Below, in pieces: positions 42,932 to 52,946 of a stretch of 52,946 bases of DNA (position 1 is its first letter; each line of letters opens with the position of its first letter). This DNA comes from a virus (taxonomy: Duplodnaviria > Caudoviricetes). The stretch is taken from positions 1 through 52,946 of IMG/VR virus record IMGVR_UViG_3300037991_003035; one strand, 5' to 3'. The notes below the pieces were generated by a model. It saw nothing but the letters and a program-made list of their open reading frames with translations. It was not told the DNA's origin and searched no databases. A program made the translations under genes and the position numbers.

Positions 42932-43315
42932 CTATTGAATTTCCTTTTTAATCTTATCAAATACCTCTTTCTCGTCAAACCTCATACTGATACCAGGTTC
43001 ATATCTTTCAATTTCTTTTCCTTCTTTAAAAATAATAATAGTAGGAACAACTTTAATATTCCATTCTTTTTGTATTACCGCACCAATTTGTTTATTGGTT
43101 AAATCTATTTCACCTACATAACATAAATCTGCGAGTTTTTCTATATTAACTCTATTTTTAAAATTCCAAGATGCATTAACTTGCACTACTGCACATTTTT
43201 GTATATTAAGTGCTTGTATTTCTTGAAAGCTATCTAAGTTGACTGATTGTGAGCGCAACCAAGATAGTGATAAGCAAAGCGTTAATACCAAGTATGATAT
43301 AAATTTGTTGTTCAT
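42932..43315 (-). CDS. Thioredoxin-fold protein lacking CxxC, with a signal/TM N-terminus
   Basis: VVQVNASWN...EWNIKVVPTIIIFKEGKEIERY; hydrophobic N-terminus. Confidence 0.7.
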   Translation of the reverse strand: MNNKFISYLVLTLCLSLSWLRSQSVNLDSFQEIQALNIQKCAVVQVNASWNFKNRVNIEKLADLCYVGEIDLTNKQIGAVIQKEWNIKVVPTIIIFKEGKEIERYEPGISMRFDEKEVFDKIKKEIQ

Positions 43316-43327
43316 TAGTAAACCTCA

Positions 43328-43624
43328 TTAGTTATTATTCATATTTATCAGGGTTTCTTGAATCATTTTAGTATCTTCTTTAATATCATCTACCTTTTCT
43401 TCAAGTTTATCTACTTTGCCTTCAGTATTTAATATAGAATCACGAATCATTTGGTCTTTCAAATCATACTCCATACGTGATACTTCTGGTTCTGGTAATA
43501 GTTTAGCTTCTTCAATATCTGCTTGAAGCGTAAACCACATACCTATAATCATACCAATAGTTACAACTATACTGATTGCAGTTTCTATAGATAATGTAAA
43601 TTTAGTGTCTTTACCGACTTCCAT
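43328..43624 (-). CDS. Single-TM coiled-coil membrane protein (possible lysis accessory)
   Basis: AISIVVTIGMIIGMWFTL followed by a heptad-rich C-terminus. Confidence 0.55.
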   Translation of the reverse strand: MEVGKDTKFTLSIETAISIVVTIGMIIGMWFTLQADIEEAKLLPEPEVSRMEYDLKDQMIRDSILNTEGKVDKLEEKVDDIKEDTKMIQETLINMNNN

Positions 43625-43649
43625 TGTATTCCCCTATTATTTAATAATT

Positions 43650-43673
43650 AAAGTAAGGGGGACTAAGCCCCCT
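43650..43673 (-). terminator. Possible intrinsic terminator or attenuating hairpin
   Basis: GGGGGC-TTA-GTCCCC followed by CTTACTTT on the minus strand. Confidence 0.45.
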
Positions 43674-43679
43674 CCCTTT

Positions 43680-43844
43680 CTACTTTTCTTCTTTAGGAAG
43701 AGGTGGTATTACTTTGAATCCCTGGTCTTTTAAACCAGCAATATAGTTATACATACCACGTAATTCAGCTATTTGAGCTTCAATGGATTTTAGAGTATCC
43801 TCTAAATTCATTTCTTGTTGTTGCTCTACTTTTTCTTTAGCCAT
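43680..43844 (-). CDS. Small coiled-coil protein (54 aa; not in ORF track)
   Basis: MAKEKVEQQQEMNLEDTLKSIEAQIAELRGMYNYIAGLKDQGFKVIPPLPKEEK; AAGGAG RBS. Confidence 0.7.
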   Translation of the reverse strand: MAKEKVEQQQEMNLEDTLKSIEAQIAELRGMYNYIAGLKDQGFKVIPPLPKEEK

Positions 43845-43897
43845 TTTTATTTCTCCTTGTTACTATTAATAGTGCTTTAATTTATGAATTAAAACAG

Positions 43898-44224
43898 TTA
43901 TTGTCCACCACCAAATCCACCACCAGATGTTTCATGATAACCACCAATAGCGTGACTAAAATGATGTGGAGTATTTATTATTGCAGACCTATGTGATGCT
44001 GTTACACTGGTATTTGCTGAACTAGCTAATGGATTATTACTACCACCTATCTTTTCAAAAGCTCCAATAGGTCCACTATTTTGTCCAGCATACGTATGTG
44101 TAATACCACCAACAGTAACATCTGATGTAGCCATAGCAGATATACTTATATTGCTATTTTGCACTACCTTACATTCACTGCCTATACTTCCGTTTAAACC
44201 TACGTTAGTATTGCTTACTGCCAT
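43898..44224 (-). CDS. Putative tail-fibre-associated protein (108 aa)
   Basis: G/S/N-rich; downstream of the tail fibre gene. Confidence 0.5.
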   Translation of the reverse strand: MAVSNTNVGLNGSIGSECKVVQNSNISISAMATSDVTVGGITHTYAGQNSGPIGAFEKIGGSNNPLASSANTSVTASHRSAIINTPHHFSHAIGGYHETSGGGFGGGQ

Positions 44225-44270
44225 TATTTACCTTTAATGCGATTAATTAATCTAATAAGATAACCAATCA

Positions 44271-44510
44271 TTACTCAGCGTCTTTAATTGCGTTATATTC
44301 TACTAACTCAGCTTCTACATCTACTAACTCAGCTTCTAATCTAACTTTTGTAGCTTCTGCATCTGCTATAGCACTATCAACATCTTTAGTTTCTTCCCAA
44401 TCTAAAACAGTAACATCGTTACCATTTGGATTTTTCATAGTTCTAGTATGTTTGATTGATACCATTTTTGTTGATTCTACAGCATCTGCTGCACTTATTA
44501 CTTTAGCCAT
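44271..44510 (-). CDS. Hypothetical protein (79 aa), possible fibre chaperone
   Basis: AAGGAG RBS; overlaps the fibre stop codon. Confidence 0.55.
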   Translation of the reverse strand: MAKVISAADAVESTKMVSIKHTRTMKNPNGNDVTVLDWEETKDVDSAIADAEATKVRLEAELVDVEAELVEYNAIKDAE

Positions 44511-47500
44511 TTAACTTCTCCTTAAGTTCGTTTATTTGTTGTTGTTGTTCTTGAACTGCTTTTATTAATACGGCAGTTAATTTTTCGTAATCCATTGTTT
44601 TAATTTTGTTATCAAACCATTCAGTATCTTTTACAACTTCTGGTATTACCTCTTCTACTTCTTGTGCAATAAATCCTATATCGTGTCTATCGTCTTTTTT
44701 CCAGTCGTATTGTTTTGGTTTTAGTTTCATAACAGTATCTAAACCATAGTTAATATCTTTAACATTTGTTTTTAATTTTTTATCTGATGGTGTAGTAGAA
44801 AAAGCTACAACGTCATTTGTTACATGCAAAGCACCAGCAGAAGTAATGTTAATTCTATCAGCACTATTGTTAATATCTCTAATTCTTAATGTTGCTGCAT
44901 TAGTTCCAATAGTAGTAATTGCCCATCTATCACTACCATTCGTTCTAAATCTTATACCTGCATTACCATCTGCACCTGCAGTTTCAGTTATAATACCACC
45001 TGAACCATGTCCAGTACTAGCTTCTTGTACATGAAGTTTTGCTGCTCCCGAAGTAGTACCAATTCCCACATAATTTGCTGGCATTAAATTAATATCATAA
45101 CCACCATAAGTTCTAATCTCTAAATCGCCACTAACTCTATTAATTACAGCATTCGTGTCCTCAAATTCTACTTGGTCGCCATGTCTTGTATTTTTATGTA
45201 TAGTAGTTCTACTAGTACCATAAGTCAATAACATTTGACTGTTGGTAGTATCTCTTAAATACAATACATTTTCTCCACTATTATTGTATTGAAGAAAGTT
45301 AGTATTACCATTATTAAATGCTACACCATAACCAGTAGTAATTGAACTTGTCACACTTAATAATCCACCAATAGTTATATTAGCACCAGTTACTATACTA
45401 CCACTAAAAGTTGTATTGCTATTAATATATAATTGTGCAGCATTATCTGATAAATCTCTAACTGTAATAGCATCTCTACCTAAGTACATTAATCTATCAC
45501 TATCTTCAAGTTTTAATGTAGTATAACTACCACTTCCAGATTGTTTAATGTGTAGTTTCGTATCAGGTGATGTTTCTCCTATACCTACTCTATCATTACC
45601 AGCATCTGTTTTAATTAAATTATCATCACTATTTCCCTTAACAATAAAGTCGTAATCATCTCCTCCATTATTAACAGTAAATCCTCTATAATAATTGTGT
45701 CTTGATGACTCATAAATGTATGCTAATTCATTACCACTTGAAGTTGGCATATATTCGTGCCAAGCATCTGTATTCCAACTTGGTATTCCTATCCAACCAT
45801 TAGCATTATTACTTGTATTTCTAAATTCTATTCTTTGCGTAGCTGTTCCAGATAATAATAAATAAGTAACACCACCAGACAACACACTTTCAAAATTACT
45901 ACCAGTTCCTGTAAATTTAAAATCTCCATCATCTGATAATCTAAATCTTTCATTACTTCCTGTGCTAAATCCTATCGTATTTGCAGCAGGGTGAAATATA
46001 CCGCAAGTGTCATTGTACCACCAAGTATAGTCAGGTGTTGAAGCTGAAGAATAACCATTGTTTGCTCTTATATATGCTTTTGAATTAGTGTTTTCTATAC
46101 CAAAAACATGATTGCTATTACTTCTTACTAAACCATCACTATGAATTTTAAATCTTGTTGCTACACCATTAACATCTATTTGCAAGTTTCCAAGATTATT
46201 AAATATATCATACTGGTTAGTTGTATTTTTAATATGTATATAAGACGGATTATTTGAACCAGTGCTTTCTACTTTAAGATTACCAACATTGTTAGAAACG
46301 TGCAATTCACTATCAGGACTACCTGTACCAATTCCTACACGATTATTACCACCATCTACAAATAACATGTTAGCATCGCCATTTGATTCAACTCTGAAGT
46401 TTACATCTTTACTTAATTCATTAAATACAAAATGTGAATTGTTTATTTCAAATACATCTGTAGAAGCACTATAAAATTTCATACCTCTTCCAGTCATGCT
46501 AGTGCCATTTATTTCTTCGCCCGTTACACTTGGACTTGATTCTTGTGTTAATGGATTTTCAATACTCCAATTAGGATTATATTTATCTCGTGTAAATGAT
46601 ACACGCATACTTTGGGTATTTTCGCCCTGACTTGAACTAATAACAAAATATGCTTGTAATTCTGTTGTGCTTCCAGTTTCTATAATTCTTACTTTTGTAA
46701 TATTATTTGTTTGATTATTTACGTTACATCTAAGTAAATTACCGCTCCAATCAACCTGAAAATCACAAGTAAAAGTAGCAGGAGTAAAATAACCGCCAGT
46801 AAAACTAAGACCTATAATACCACCACCTCTTGCGTTTGCAGCTGCTGCACTTGCTATTGTGTACCAACCTGATGTTGTAGGGCTTGTAACACCTGCATAG
46901 TCTGTAACTAATACACTACCTGCTCTATTAGTTCCGTGTGGGTCAGGAATGTTTATTGGAATTTTTGAAGAGTCTATAATGGTGGTTCCATCCATTTGAT
47001 AAACACCATTTGTATTAATATTTCCTGATGTGCTTATTGCACCAGAAATACTACCAAAACTTAAAGCTCCAGTAACATTCCAATCATTATATAATGTTCC
47101 ACCTCCACTGGTAGTTTTAAATCGTAATCCATTATTGTAATAAAGAGATGCACCACCATTTCCTTCAAGTTTCAATCCGTCGTGAAACACATTACCAACA
47201 GGATTATGATGTCTAATTCTAAAACTATTACTTCCTTCTAAAGTTTCTACATCAATAATTTTATTACCATTACCAGTAAAGTCTAACTCACTTTGTAATT
47301 TTACTGCACCAGTAAAAGTTGCATCTCCTCCTGATGATATTGTTAATCTATTAGTATTGTTTGTATTGAAATACAACGGTTGAGCTGTTTGAGTATATAT
47401 ACTTAAAGCACCACCATTGCTTCTAATATAATTGTTATTATTAGAATCTAAATGAAATATTCTTAATCCATTAGTTGTATCAGTACCAACATATAAAGTC

Positions 47501-49275
47501 ATATTATCTGCTAAATAAATATTGCTATTAGCATTCAATGTGCTGTTAAAAGATGATGTTCCTGAAAAAATCGAACTACTTGCAGGTACTTTTAATACAT
47601 TATTTGAATTACCAACCTCAATTTGATTAGCAGAGTTCATTTTTAACATACTTCTTGAAGTACCACCAGTTTCTCTACCTGAAAATGCAGTATTATTTAC
47701 ATTTAATAAAATAGATTTATTCCAATATAACATACCTGAAGTAGGTATAAATCCTGCATTCGCACTAAGAGAACTATGATACCATACATATTGGTCTGCA
47801 CTACTTACACCAGTATAAACACTAATATTATCATTTTGATGTCTTACTTGTGCGTTTGCATCTGCGGTAGTTTGTAAATGTATCTGAGCAGAACTGCTAT
47901 CATCGTAAATGTGTAGCTTTTGTCCAGGTGAAGTAGTTCCTATACCTAATCGCCCTGTGCCAGTAAGTCGCATTTGTTCACTACCCGCTGCATAAAATCT
48001 CATTACTTCTATACTATCTTGGAAATAAATCCCTTCTCCTGCATAGCCACCACTATTACCTACGTGACCACCATTTGTATCTCCTGCTATAATAATACCT
48101 GCATAAGAACTATCTGAATCTTTAAATCTTGCTAAATTACTTCCGTCTGAATTTTCAACGTGAAGTATAGCTGCAGGTGCCGCACTACCTATTCCAACTT
48201 TTCCAGTTCCTTTGATTCGCATATATTCAGTAGCAAAATCATTACCCGTAAATACAATGTCACTGTTTGCCGTAGAGTGTTGCGAATCTATTTGTAAAAC
48301 ATTTGCAGAAGAATCCCACATTATACTACCACTTGAATTGTGCCAATCTCCTATTGTAATTTTAGGGTCGTTGTTTTCTCCACCACCCATGAGAATACCA
48401 TAATATTGGTCAGTACCTTCATTTACTGCCATACTGCCTACAACGTGAAGTTTTCTTAAAGGATTTGTTGCTCCCACTCCAACGTTTCCACCATATGGTT
48501 GTAAATGAATTTGTCCATCATTACTACCATTCCAAGTCTGCCATTGATAATCACCAGTATCTATTCTTCTGATATAAGACATATCGCTAGCACTAGCACC
48601 AATATTTAATCCTGCACCTCTTAAACTTAATCTTGGTGTACCTCCAGTAGTTAGTGGACTAACATCTCCAATAGTGACTGAACCACCTCTAAAAAAGCTA
48701 TCTCCATTTACATTTAATTTTACATTAGCTTGATATGTTGCATCTGTAGTTGGATTTAAAACTTTATATAACTCTAAATAACCATTACTACCATTATTGT
48801 GAAATCTCGCAGTTGGAACAGAACCACCTTCTCCACTTCTAGCAAAAGATATATCTTGTGCCCAACGATATCCTTTAATTTGTAAATGGTCTCCAGCATT
48901 AATAATACCACCAGCTTCATCGTGTGTGCTAAACTCATACATAAACGCAGTACCACTTGTTGTTTGCCCTAAGTATAAATTTACTCCTGAACTAGAAGAA
49001 CCTTCAAAATCTCCAATACCTGATACATTTAATTTAGTTCCGTCAAAAGTAAGACCAGATTCAGAATTTATACCACCAGAACCATCATCAGTAAGTACTT
49101 GATTGTTAGAACCAGATGTAGCACTACCACCAATAGGTGTTAAACCAGTAGCTGCAGTAGAGCCATTACCAACATATAGTTCATTAGTATCGCTTTTATA
49201 TATTAACTCACCCGCAGCTGGTGTACCAGCATTTGAGAGGTTAGTACCTCTTTTTATTTTAATCGTATTTGACAT
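44503..49275 (-). CDS. Tail fibre with C-terminal intramolecular chaperone (peptidase S74-like)
   Basis: IKIKRGT...GELIY N-terminus; six VGIG.....LH(V/I) repeats; SDKKLKTNV...GFIAQEVEEVIPEVV...YEKLTAVLIKAVQE. Confidence 0.9.
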   Translation of the reverse strand: MSNTIKIKRGTNLSNAGTPAAGELIYKSDTNELYVGNGSTAATGLTPIGGSATSGSNNQVLTDDGSGGINSESGLTFDGTKLNVSGIGDFEGSSSSGVNLYLGQTTSGTAFMYEFSTHDEAGGIINAGDHLQIKGYRWAQDISFARSGEGGSVPTARFHNNGSNGYLELYKVLNPTTDATYQANVKLNVNGDSFFRGGSVTIGDVSPLTTGGTPRLSLRGAGLNIGASASDMSYIRRIDTGDYQWQTWNGSNDGQIHLQPYGGNVGVGATNPLRKLHVVGSMAVNEGTDQYYGILMGGGENNDPKITIGDWHNSSGSIMWDSSANVLQIDSQHSTANSDIVFTGNDFATEYMRIKGTGKVGIGSAAPAAILHVENSDGSNLARFKDSDSSYAGIIIAGDTNGGHVGNSGGYAGEGIYFQDSIEVMRFYAAGSEQMRLTGTGRLGIGTTSPGQKLHIYDDSSSAQIHLQTTADANAQVRHQNDNISVYTGVSSADQYVWYHSSLSANAGFIPTSGMLYWNKSILLNVNNTAFSGRETGGTSRSMLKMNSANQIEVGNSNNVLKVPASSSIFSGTSSFNSTLNANSNIYLADNMTLYVGTDTTNGLRIFHLDSNNNNYIRSNGGALSIYTQTAQPLYFNTNNTNRLTISSGGDATFTGAVKLQSELDFTGNGNKIIDVETLEGSNSFRIRHHNPVGNVFHDGLKLEGNGGASLYYNNGLRFKTTSGGGTLYNDWNVTGALSFGSISGAISTSGNINTNGVYQMDGTTIIDSSKIPINIPDPHGTNRAGSVLVTDYAGVTSPTTSGWYTIASAAAANARGGGIIGLSFTGGYFTPATFTCDFQVDWSGNLLRCNVNNQTNNITKVRIIETGSTTELQAYFVISSSQGENTQSMRVSFTRDKYNPNWSIENPLTQESSPSVTGEEINGTSMTGRGMKFYSASTDVFEINNSHFVFNELSKDVNFRVESNGDANMLFVDGGNNRVGIGTGSPDSELHVSNNVGNLKVESTGSNNPSYIHIKNTTNQYDIFNNLGNLQIDVNGVATRFKIHSDGLVRSNSNHVFGIENTNSKAYIRANNGYSSASTPDYTWWYNDTCGIFHPAANTIGFSTGSNERFRLSDDGDFKFTGTGSNFESVLSGGVTYLLLSGTATQRIEFRNTSNNANGWIGIPSWNTDAWHEYMPTSSGNELAYIYESSRHNYYRGFTVNNGGDDYDFIVKGNSDDNLIKTDAGNDRVGIGETSPDTKLHIKQSGSGSYTTLKLEDSDRLMYLGRDAITVRDLSDNAAQLYINSNTTFSGSIVTGANITIGGLLSVTSSITTGYGVAFNNGNTNFLQYNNSGENVLYLRDTTNSQMLLTYGTSRTTIHKNTRHGDQVEFEDTNAVINRVSGDLEIRTYGGYDINLMPANYVGIGTTSGAAKLHVQEASTGHGSGGIITETAGADGNAGIRFRTNGSDRWAITTIGTNAATLRIRDINNSADRINITSAGALHVTNDVVAFSTTPSDKKLKTNVKDINYGLDTVMKLKPKQYDWKKDDRHDIGFIAQEVEEVIPEVVKDTEWFDNKIKTMDYEKLTAVLIKAVQEQQQQINELKEKLNG

Positions 49276-49283
49276 CTAACTCC

Positions 49284-50102
49284 TTAGAATGTGCCGCAAT
49301 CAATATTGGAAGATACAAGATTTACGCTTAAATCTGATAATGAATAACCATTAGAACCAACACTTACTACTCCAGTTCCTTCGTGTGGTGCTACTGTTAC
49401 ACTATCGTAAAATTTCCAAACACCATCTGTTGCATCTCTAAATAATCCAGCATATTTTGTTCCAGATGATACGTATTTACCATAAAATCCTATATCTGAA
49501 GCATCACCAGAATTGTCTTTAGCTAATGCTATAGCTACATCTCCTACTTCAACTACTGTTGAATTTGCAGATACAGTTCCACCAGTTACTGTTAAAGTAC
49601 CACCAATAACTACATTATTAGTTGTAGTTAAGTTTCTAATTCCAGTTATGTCTTTATTTGCATCTACTACAAGAGCTTTTGAAGCCGCCGCTGTACCAGC
49701 AGCAACTGCAATTTGATTTATTTGTTGTGTCGTTGCAGTAACTCCATCTAATTTATTTAATTCAGTAGTATCTAATGTAGCACCATCTAGTATATTTAAT
49801 TCCGCAGCTGTAGATGTTGTGGCTAAAGTAACTACACCATTTGTTGCATTAAAATCAGCGTTATCAAATGTAGCTACTCCAAATGTAGTACCATCATCAT
49901 CAGCTTTTGGCATAGCAGCAATAATATTTGCTTGTATGTCTTCTATTTGAGCAGAACCATCTGAAGCTTTACCACCTACGTAAAGTTTACCACCAGCACC
50001 ATTATTATTGTTATATCCTAATTCACCATACGTAATGTCCGAAGTACCTGGTGCCGAAGTACTTGAATGCGAATTACGTTTGATTTGTATTACATTTGCC
50101 AT
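49284..50102 (-). CDS. Tail fibre/structural protein (272 aa)
   Basis: IQIKR...GELGY N-terminus; AAELNILDG repeats; IDCGTF end. Confidence 0.7.
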   Translation of the reverse strand: MANVIQIKRNSHSSTSAPGTSDITYGELGYNNNNGAGGKLYVGGKASDGSAQIEDIQANIIAAMPKADDDGTTFGVATFDNADFNATNGVVTLATTSTAAELNILDGATLDTTELNKLDGVTATTQQINQIAVAAGTAAASKALVVDANKDITGIRNLTTTNNVVIGGTLTVTGGTVSANSTVVEVGDVAIALAKDNSGDASDIGFYGKYVSSGTKYAGLFRDATDGVWKFYDSVTVAPHEGTGVVSVGSNGYSLSDLSVNLVSSNIDCGTF

Positions 50103-50120
50103 TGTTTTCTCCTATTGACG

Positions 50121-50528
50121 TTAAAATCCGCCTCCGTCTATTCTTGCACTCCCTTCTACAAAATCTTTTACAGCTGCTGAAGTTGGTAATGTTGAATCAT
50201 TATCATTTGAAGAAATTCCTTCACTTTCAACAACCAATGTTGCTCCTTTTATATTATCTACTTCTAAATTGCTAATAGTATTATTATCAGCATCAATTGT
50301 TTTATTTGTATATGTTTGCGTAGCACTTATTGTAGCTGCTCCATTTAAAGCATCTCTTACATTAGTTGCAGTACTATTATCTAAACTTACAGGTATTTCA
50401 CTAGCATCAATACTAAAACTATCTTGAACTTTACTAGCATTTTGTACCCCAACAGTTTTTGATACATTATTGTTTTGCAAAGAAGTTTTTATTGCACTAT
50501 TACTATTTACTTTTACACTAATAGCCAT
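50121..50528 (-). CDS. Virion structural protein (135 aa)
   Basis: QTYTNKTIDADNNTISNLE and LPTSAAVKDFV; IDGGGF end. Confidence 0.6.
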   Translation of the reverse strand: MAISVKVNSNSAIKTSLQNNNVSKTVGVQNASKVQDSFSIDASEIPVSLDNSTATNVRDALNGAATISATQTYTNKTIDADNNTISNLEVDNIKGATLVVESEGISSNDNDSTLPTSAAVKDFVEGSARIDGGGF

Positions 50529-50980
50529 TATGCCACCGATGCCGTAAATGTATGTGTTAATTTAGTTGCAGCTTTAGAAATATATACATCTCCTTGTATG
50601 TGCCTTACCCAAGCATCAGCACCACCATCAGGGTCATCTTTTTCTACTAAATCCCAATGCCCTTCAAAGTCGTCATCAAAATATTGTATAGCTTCAGCTG
50701 GTAATGTAAGAACTACTGTTTTGTCACCTCTATCAGCAACTACATCAAAGTGTACTTCGTTTTGACTTCCTGATTCCCAAACATCATTAGAAGCCGCTGT
50801 ACCATTAGTACCTGAACTTTTTCCTGGTCCAGTAAATGAACTATGCTTATAATCTTTTACAATTACAGCTGCATACTTATGATTTTCAGTCATAGTATGT
50901 GAACTATCTAATGTAATAGTCATTTGAAAATCTGCATTTTGTTGCAATTCTATATCTGCGTATTGATTTTGTGAAATCAT
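50528..50980 (-). CDS. Putative tail/baseplate-like structural protein (150 aa)
   Basis: DIELQQNADF...WDL...IQGDVYI pattern; structural operon context. Confidence 0.5.
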   Translation of the reverse strand: MISQNQYADIELQQNADFQMTITLDSSHTMTENHKYAAVIVKDYKHSSFTGPGKSSGTNGTAASNDVWESGSQNEVHFDVVADRGDKTVVLTLPAEAIQYFDDDFEGHWDLVEKDDPDGGADAWVRHIQGDVYISKAATKLTHTFTASVA

Positions 50981-50989
50981 TTTTTACTC

Positions 50990-51232
50990 CTAATATAAAA
51001 ATATTACATTATTTGAACTTGATTTACTAGCTGCGATTGGATATATATGTCCAGCCAACAACCCTGTAAATGTTACAGCTACGCCGTTTACTGTTAAATC
51101 GTAATTACCAGCAACTTTTACGTATATTGCTCTACATGTATCTTGGTCATTAGTTGTTGCTACAACTGCATTTATATATGGTGCAACACTTTCTTGAACC
51201 TGATAATCATTTATGCCTTTTGGGTTCGCCAT
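50990..51232 (-). CDS. Small structural protein (80 aa)
   Basis: CRAIYVKVAGN...FTGLLAGHIYPI...IFLY; AGGAG RBS. Confidence 0.6.
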   Translation of the reverse strand: MANPKGINDYQVQESVAPYINAVVATTNDQDTCRAIYVKVAGNYDLTVNGVAVTFTGLLAGHIYPIAASKSSSNNVIFLY

Positions 51233-51244
51233 TGTTTTCTCCTA

Positions 51245-51706
51245 TTATTTAACTGCATAAGCACTCATAGGTTTAGCCATGAATACTTTATTTTTATTAC
51301 TTTCATTATCTGCTACTTTTTTATAAAACTCTCGCATATAATATTCTTTTAAATCTATATTTCCAGCTCTTTCTGCTAATTGTGCTTTTACATAACACAC
51401 TACCGCTAAACTTAATGTTCTATTTAAATTCACATGAGTACTTTCATCTGGTGAATTATTATCATTTAAACTAGCATTTGCTGTAGTTTCAGGGTCTTCA
51501 TTAACAAAAGGTTTTTCAATTGCAGTATATTCAATACGTAACCCTTCAGTAATATTTTCATCTGGATATACTAAAGGTTCTAAATCGTCTCCTCTTACTC
51601 TACCCTGTGAATCTATAATACGACTAGCATTTCTTCTAACCCTATATAATTTTAAATATTTACCTGATTGTATGTAGGCAAAATTTCTATGTGTATCATA
51701 ACTCAT
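51245..51706 (-). CDS. Putative adaptor/structural protein (153 aa)
   Basis: Structural operon context; diverged allele at 1-174. Confidence 0.6.
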   Translation of the reverse strand: MSYDTHRNFAYIQSGKYLKLYRVRRNASRIIDSQGRVRGDDLEPLVYPDENITEGLRIEYTAIEKPFVNEDPETTANASLNDNNSPDESTHVNLNRTLSLAVVCYVKAQLAERAGNIDLKEYYMREFYKKVADNESNKNKVFMAKPMSAYAVK

Positions 51707-51981
51707 GGGTTTGTGTCCTCAGTAATTAATGGTTCTTCTGCTAATCTTCTAATTCTTTTATACTTGTTATCATCTTCAGTATCTTTCACACTAATAGTTT
51801 TTATTGCTATTAATCCTTTAGGTAAATCATAATCTCTAGTGTTTTTAACAATATTAATTTTATCTACTTTAGTATTTATTTCAGCGTTTGATTGTATCTC
51901 TAATATTGCATCCTTAATATACGCAATTACTAAATTAGTATCACGCGTATTTGCTCTTTCCATAATTTCTAAAACTTTCAT
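51703..51981 (-). CDS. Putative virion/adaptor protein (92 aa)
   Basis: Allele of 171-449. Confidence 0.7.
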   Translation of the reverse strand: MKVLEIMERANTRDTNLVIAYIKDAILEIQSNAEINTKVDKINIVKNTRDYDLPKGLIAIKTISVKDTEDDNKYKRIRRLAEEPLITEDTNP

Positions 51982-52856
51982 GATGTTCTTCCTTGAGGTC
52001 TTCTTTGACTTCTTTGTTGTTCTTCTGGTGCTACTATAGCTCCAGTAATAGATTGTAATTCAGAAATAGCACGTTGATAAAAGTTAATAGCTTTTTGTAT
52101 TCTATCATTTGCTAATCTCATATTACCATCAGCTGCTTGTATTGTAGCCATAGCCATTTCTGCGTCTTCATCTTCTAACCAGTGTATAGCACTTAAACTT
52201 GTTTTAGTGTTAGTATCAGTACTTGTATAACCACCTTCAAATATTTTTTCAGCATCTTTAATATTAGCTAATCTTAACATATCTAATGAAGCTGCATACA
52301 ATAATGATACATTTTCAAACTCGGTTAATACCCAGTTTTCTGTATTTTCGTCAATTATTGGGGGCGCTGAATAAACAATTACTCCTTTATCTCCATTATT
52401 TTGTGCAATGGTAGTCGTTGAGCTTTCCCCCACTTTAGTATATTCTAAATTAGAGCTTGTGTCATTAAAATCAGGGTCTGGTTTAATATATATTTTACCA
52501 CTTAATTTATAATATGCTGGAAACATTTTTGTAGGAAAAGATAAACTATCAGATTCATCTGTAGCGTGTATATTTTTATCAGGTATTTCATTTGCTACTC
52601 TTCTTTTAGTTCCGTCAAAACGATATACCGCTAATATTTTATCGTATGCTACTTCTGAACCATTACCAATAACATTAGTATCTACACTATTAATAGATTT
52701 TCTTCCATATATTTCAGTTTCAGAAGCAATAGACCATAAGAATCTTTCAGGCAATGAAGATACTATAAATTTAGAACCAGCATTGATAAACTCTACTAAG
52801 AATTTAGCTTTTGATTCGTTTCCAGTAATGTTATTAACTTTTTCCCATAATTTCAT
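51978..52856 (-). CDS. Putative head-tail adaptor/neck protein (292 aa)
   Basis: Allele of 449-1315; follows the capsid 3' end when the genome is circularised. Confidence 0.6.
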   Translation of the reverse strand: MKLWEKVNNITGNESKAKFLVEFINAGSKFIVSSLPERFLWSIASETEIYGRKSINSVDTNVIGNGSEVAYDKILAVYRFDGTKRRVANEIPDKNIHATDESDSLSFPTKMFPAYYKLSGKIYIKPDPDFNDTSSNLEYTKVGESSTTTIAQNNGDKGVIVYSAPPIIDENTENWVLTEFENVSLLYAASLDMLRLANIKDAEKIFEGGYTSTDTNTKTSLSAIHWLEDEDAEMAMATIQAADGNMRLANDRIQKAINFYQRAISELQSITGAIVAPEEQQRSQRRPQGRTS

Positions 52857-52869
52857 AATATTATCCTAG

Positions 52870-52946
52870 CGCAGATGAATCCCCCAAGGGAGAAAGGAGG
52901 TAAAGAACCTCAGGGGACCATCTACAATTTAGCTATTATTTCCAAA
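52870..52946. repeat. 77-nt exact repeat of 1329-1405 (circularisation overlap)
   Basis: Exact match running to the last base of the window. Confidence 0.95.

Noticed and set aside
44503-49275. Diversity-generating retroelement or shufflon acting on the tail fibre
   Set aside because: No reverse transcriptase, invertase or template repeat seen; the VGIG repeats are ordinary fibre modules.
2038-52039. Short antisense or out-of-frame ORFs in the track (e.g. 2038-2220, 16278-16778, 19474-19857, 39245-39607)
   Set aside because: They are shadows of well-supported genes, lack RBSs, and have the S/F/L-biased composition expected from AT-rich antisense frames.
52870-52946. Biological direct terminal repeat
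   Set aside because: It matches an internal site rather than the contig start, and its length equals a common assembler k-mer.
1-52946. Alternative genetic code (stop-codon reassignment as in some crAss-like phages)
   Set aside because: Very long ORFs are intact under code 11, and TAA, TAG and TGA all end genes followed by new RBS-led starts.

Overview
The window is an apparently complete, AT-rich (roughly 30% GC by eye) lytic podovirus-like dsDNA phage genome, probably marine. The last 77 nt (52870-52946) exactly repeat 1329-1405, so the circular unit is about 51.5 kb. Positions 1-1328 look like a diverged second allele of the genes at 51.5-52.9 kb (75% aa identity in the 92-aa pair), most likely from a co-assembled relative. 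The minus-strand late arm carries small basic proteins, a metallophosphoesterase, terminase subunits, an M15 endolysin, portal, scaffold, major capsid, tail adaptor/fibre/nozzle genes and five ejection-type proteins. The largest of these (2925 aa) has the R-x-P...DYDID signature of a crAss-type two-barrel virion RNA polymerase. The plus-strand early/middle arm carries a Cas4-like exonuclease, Sak3-like annealase, SSB, DUF932 protein, Dam-family methyltransferase, DnaB and a RuvC-like resolvase. I recognised no DNA polymerase, primase, integrase or tRNA. This arm is unusually rich in predicted structured non-coding RNA: an ~810-nt GOLLD-like RNA (12.7-13.5 kb), a ~565-nt array of five stem-closed modules with pseudoknots and palindromic kissing loops (20.33-20.89 kb), and several 70-90 nt intergenic elements. 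Sigma70-type promoters and strong Shine-Dalgarno sites argue against a Bacteroidota host, which would be unusual for this polymerase type. All family assignments come from motif recognition by eye and all RNA folds from manual pairing; no searches were run.
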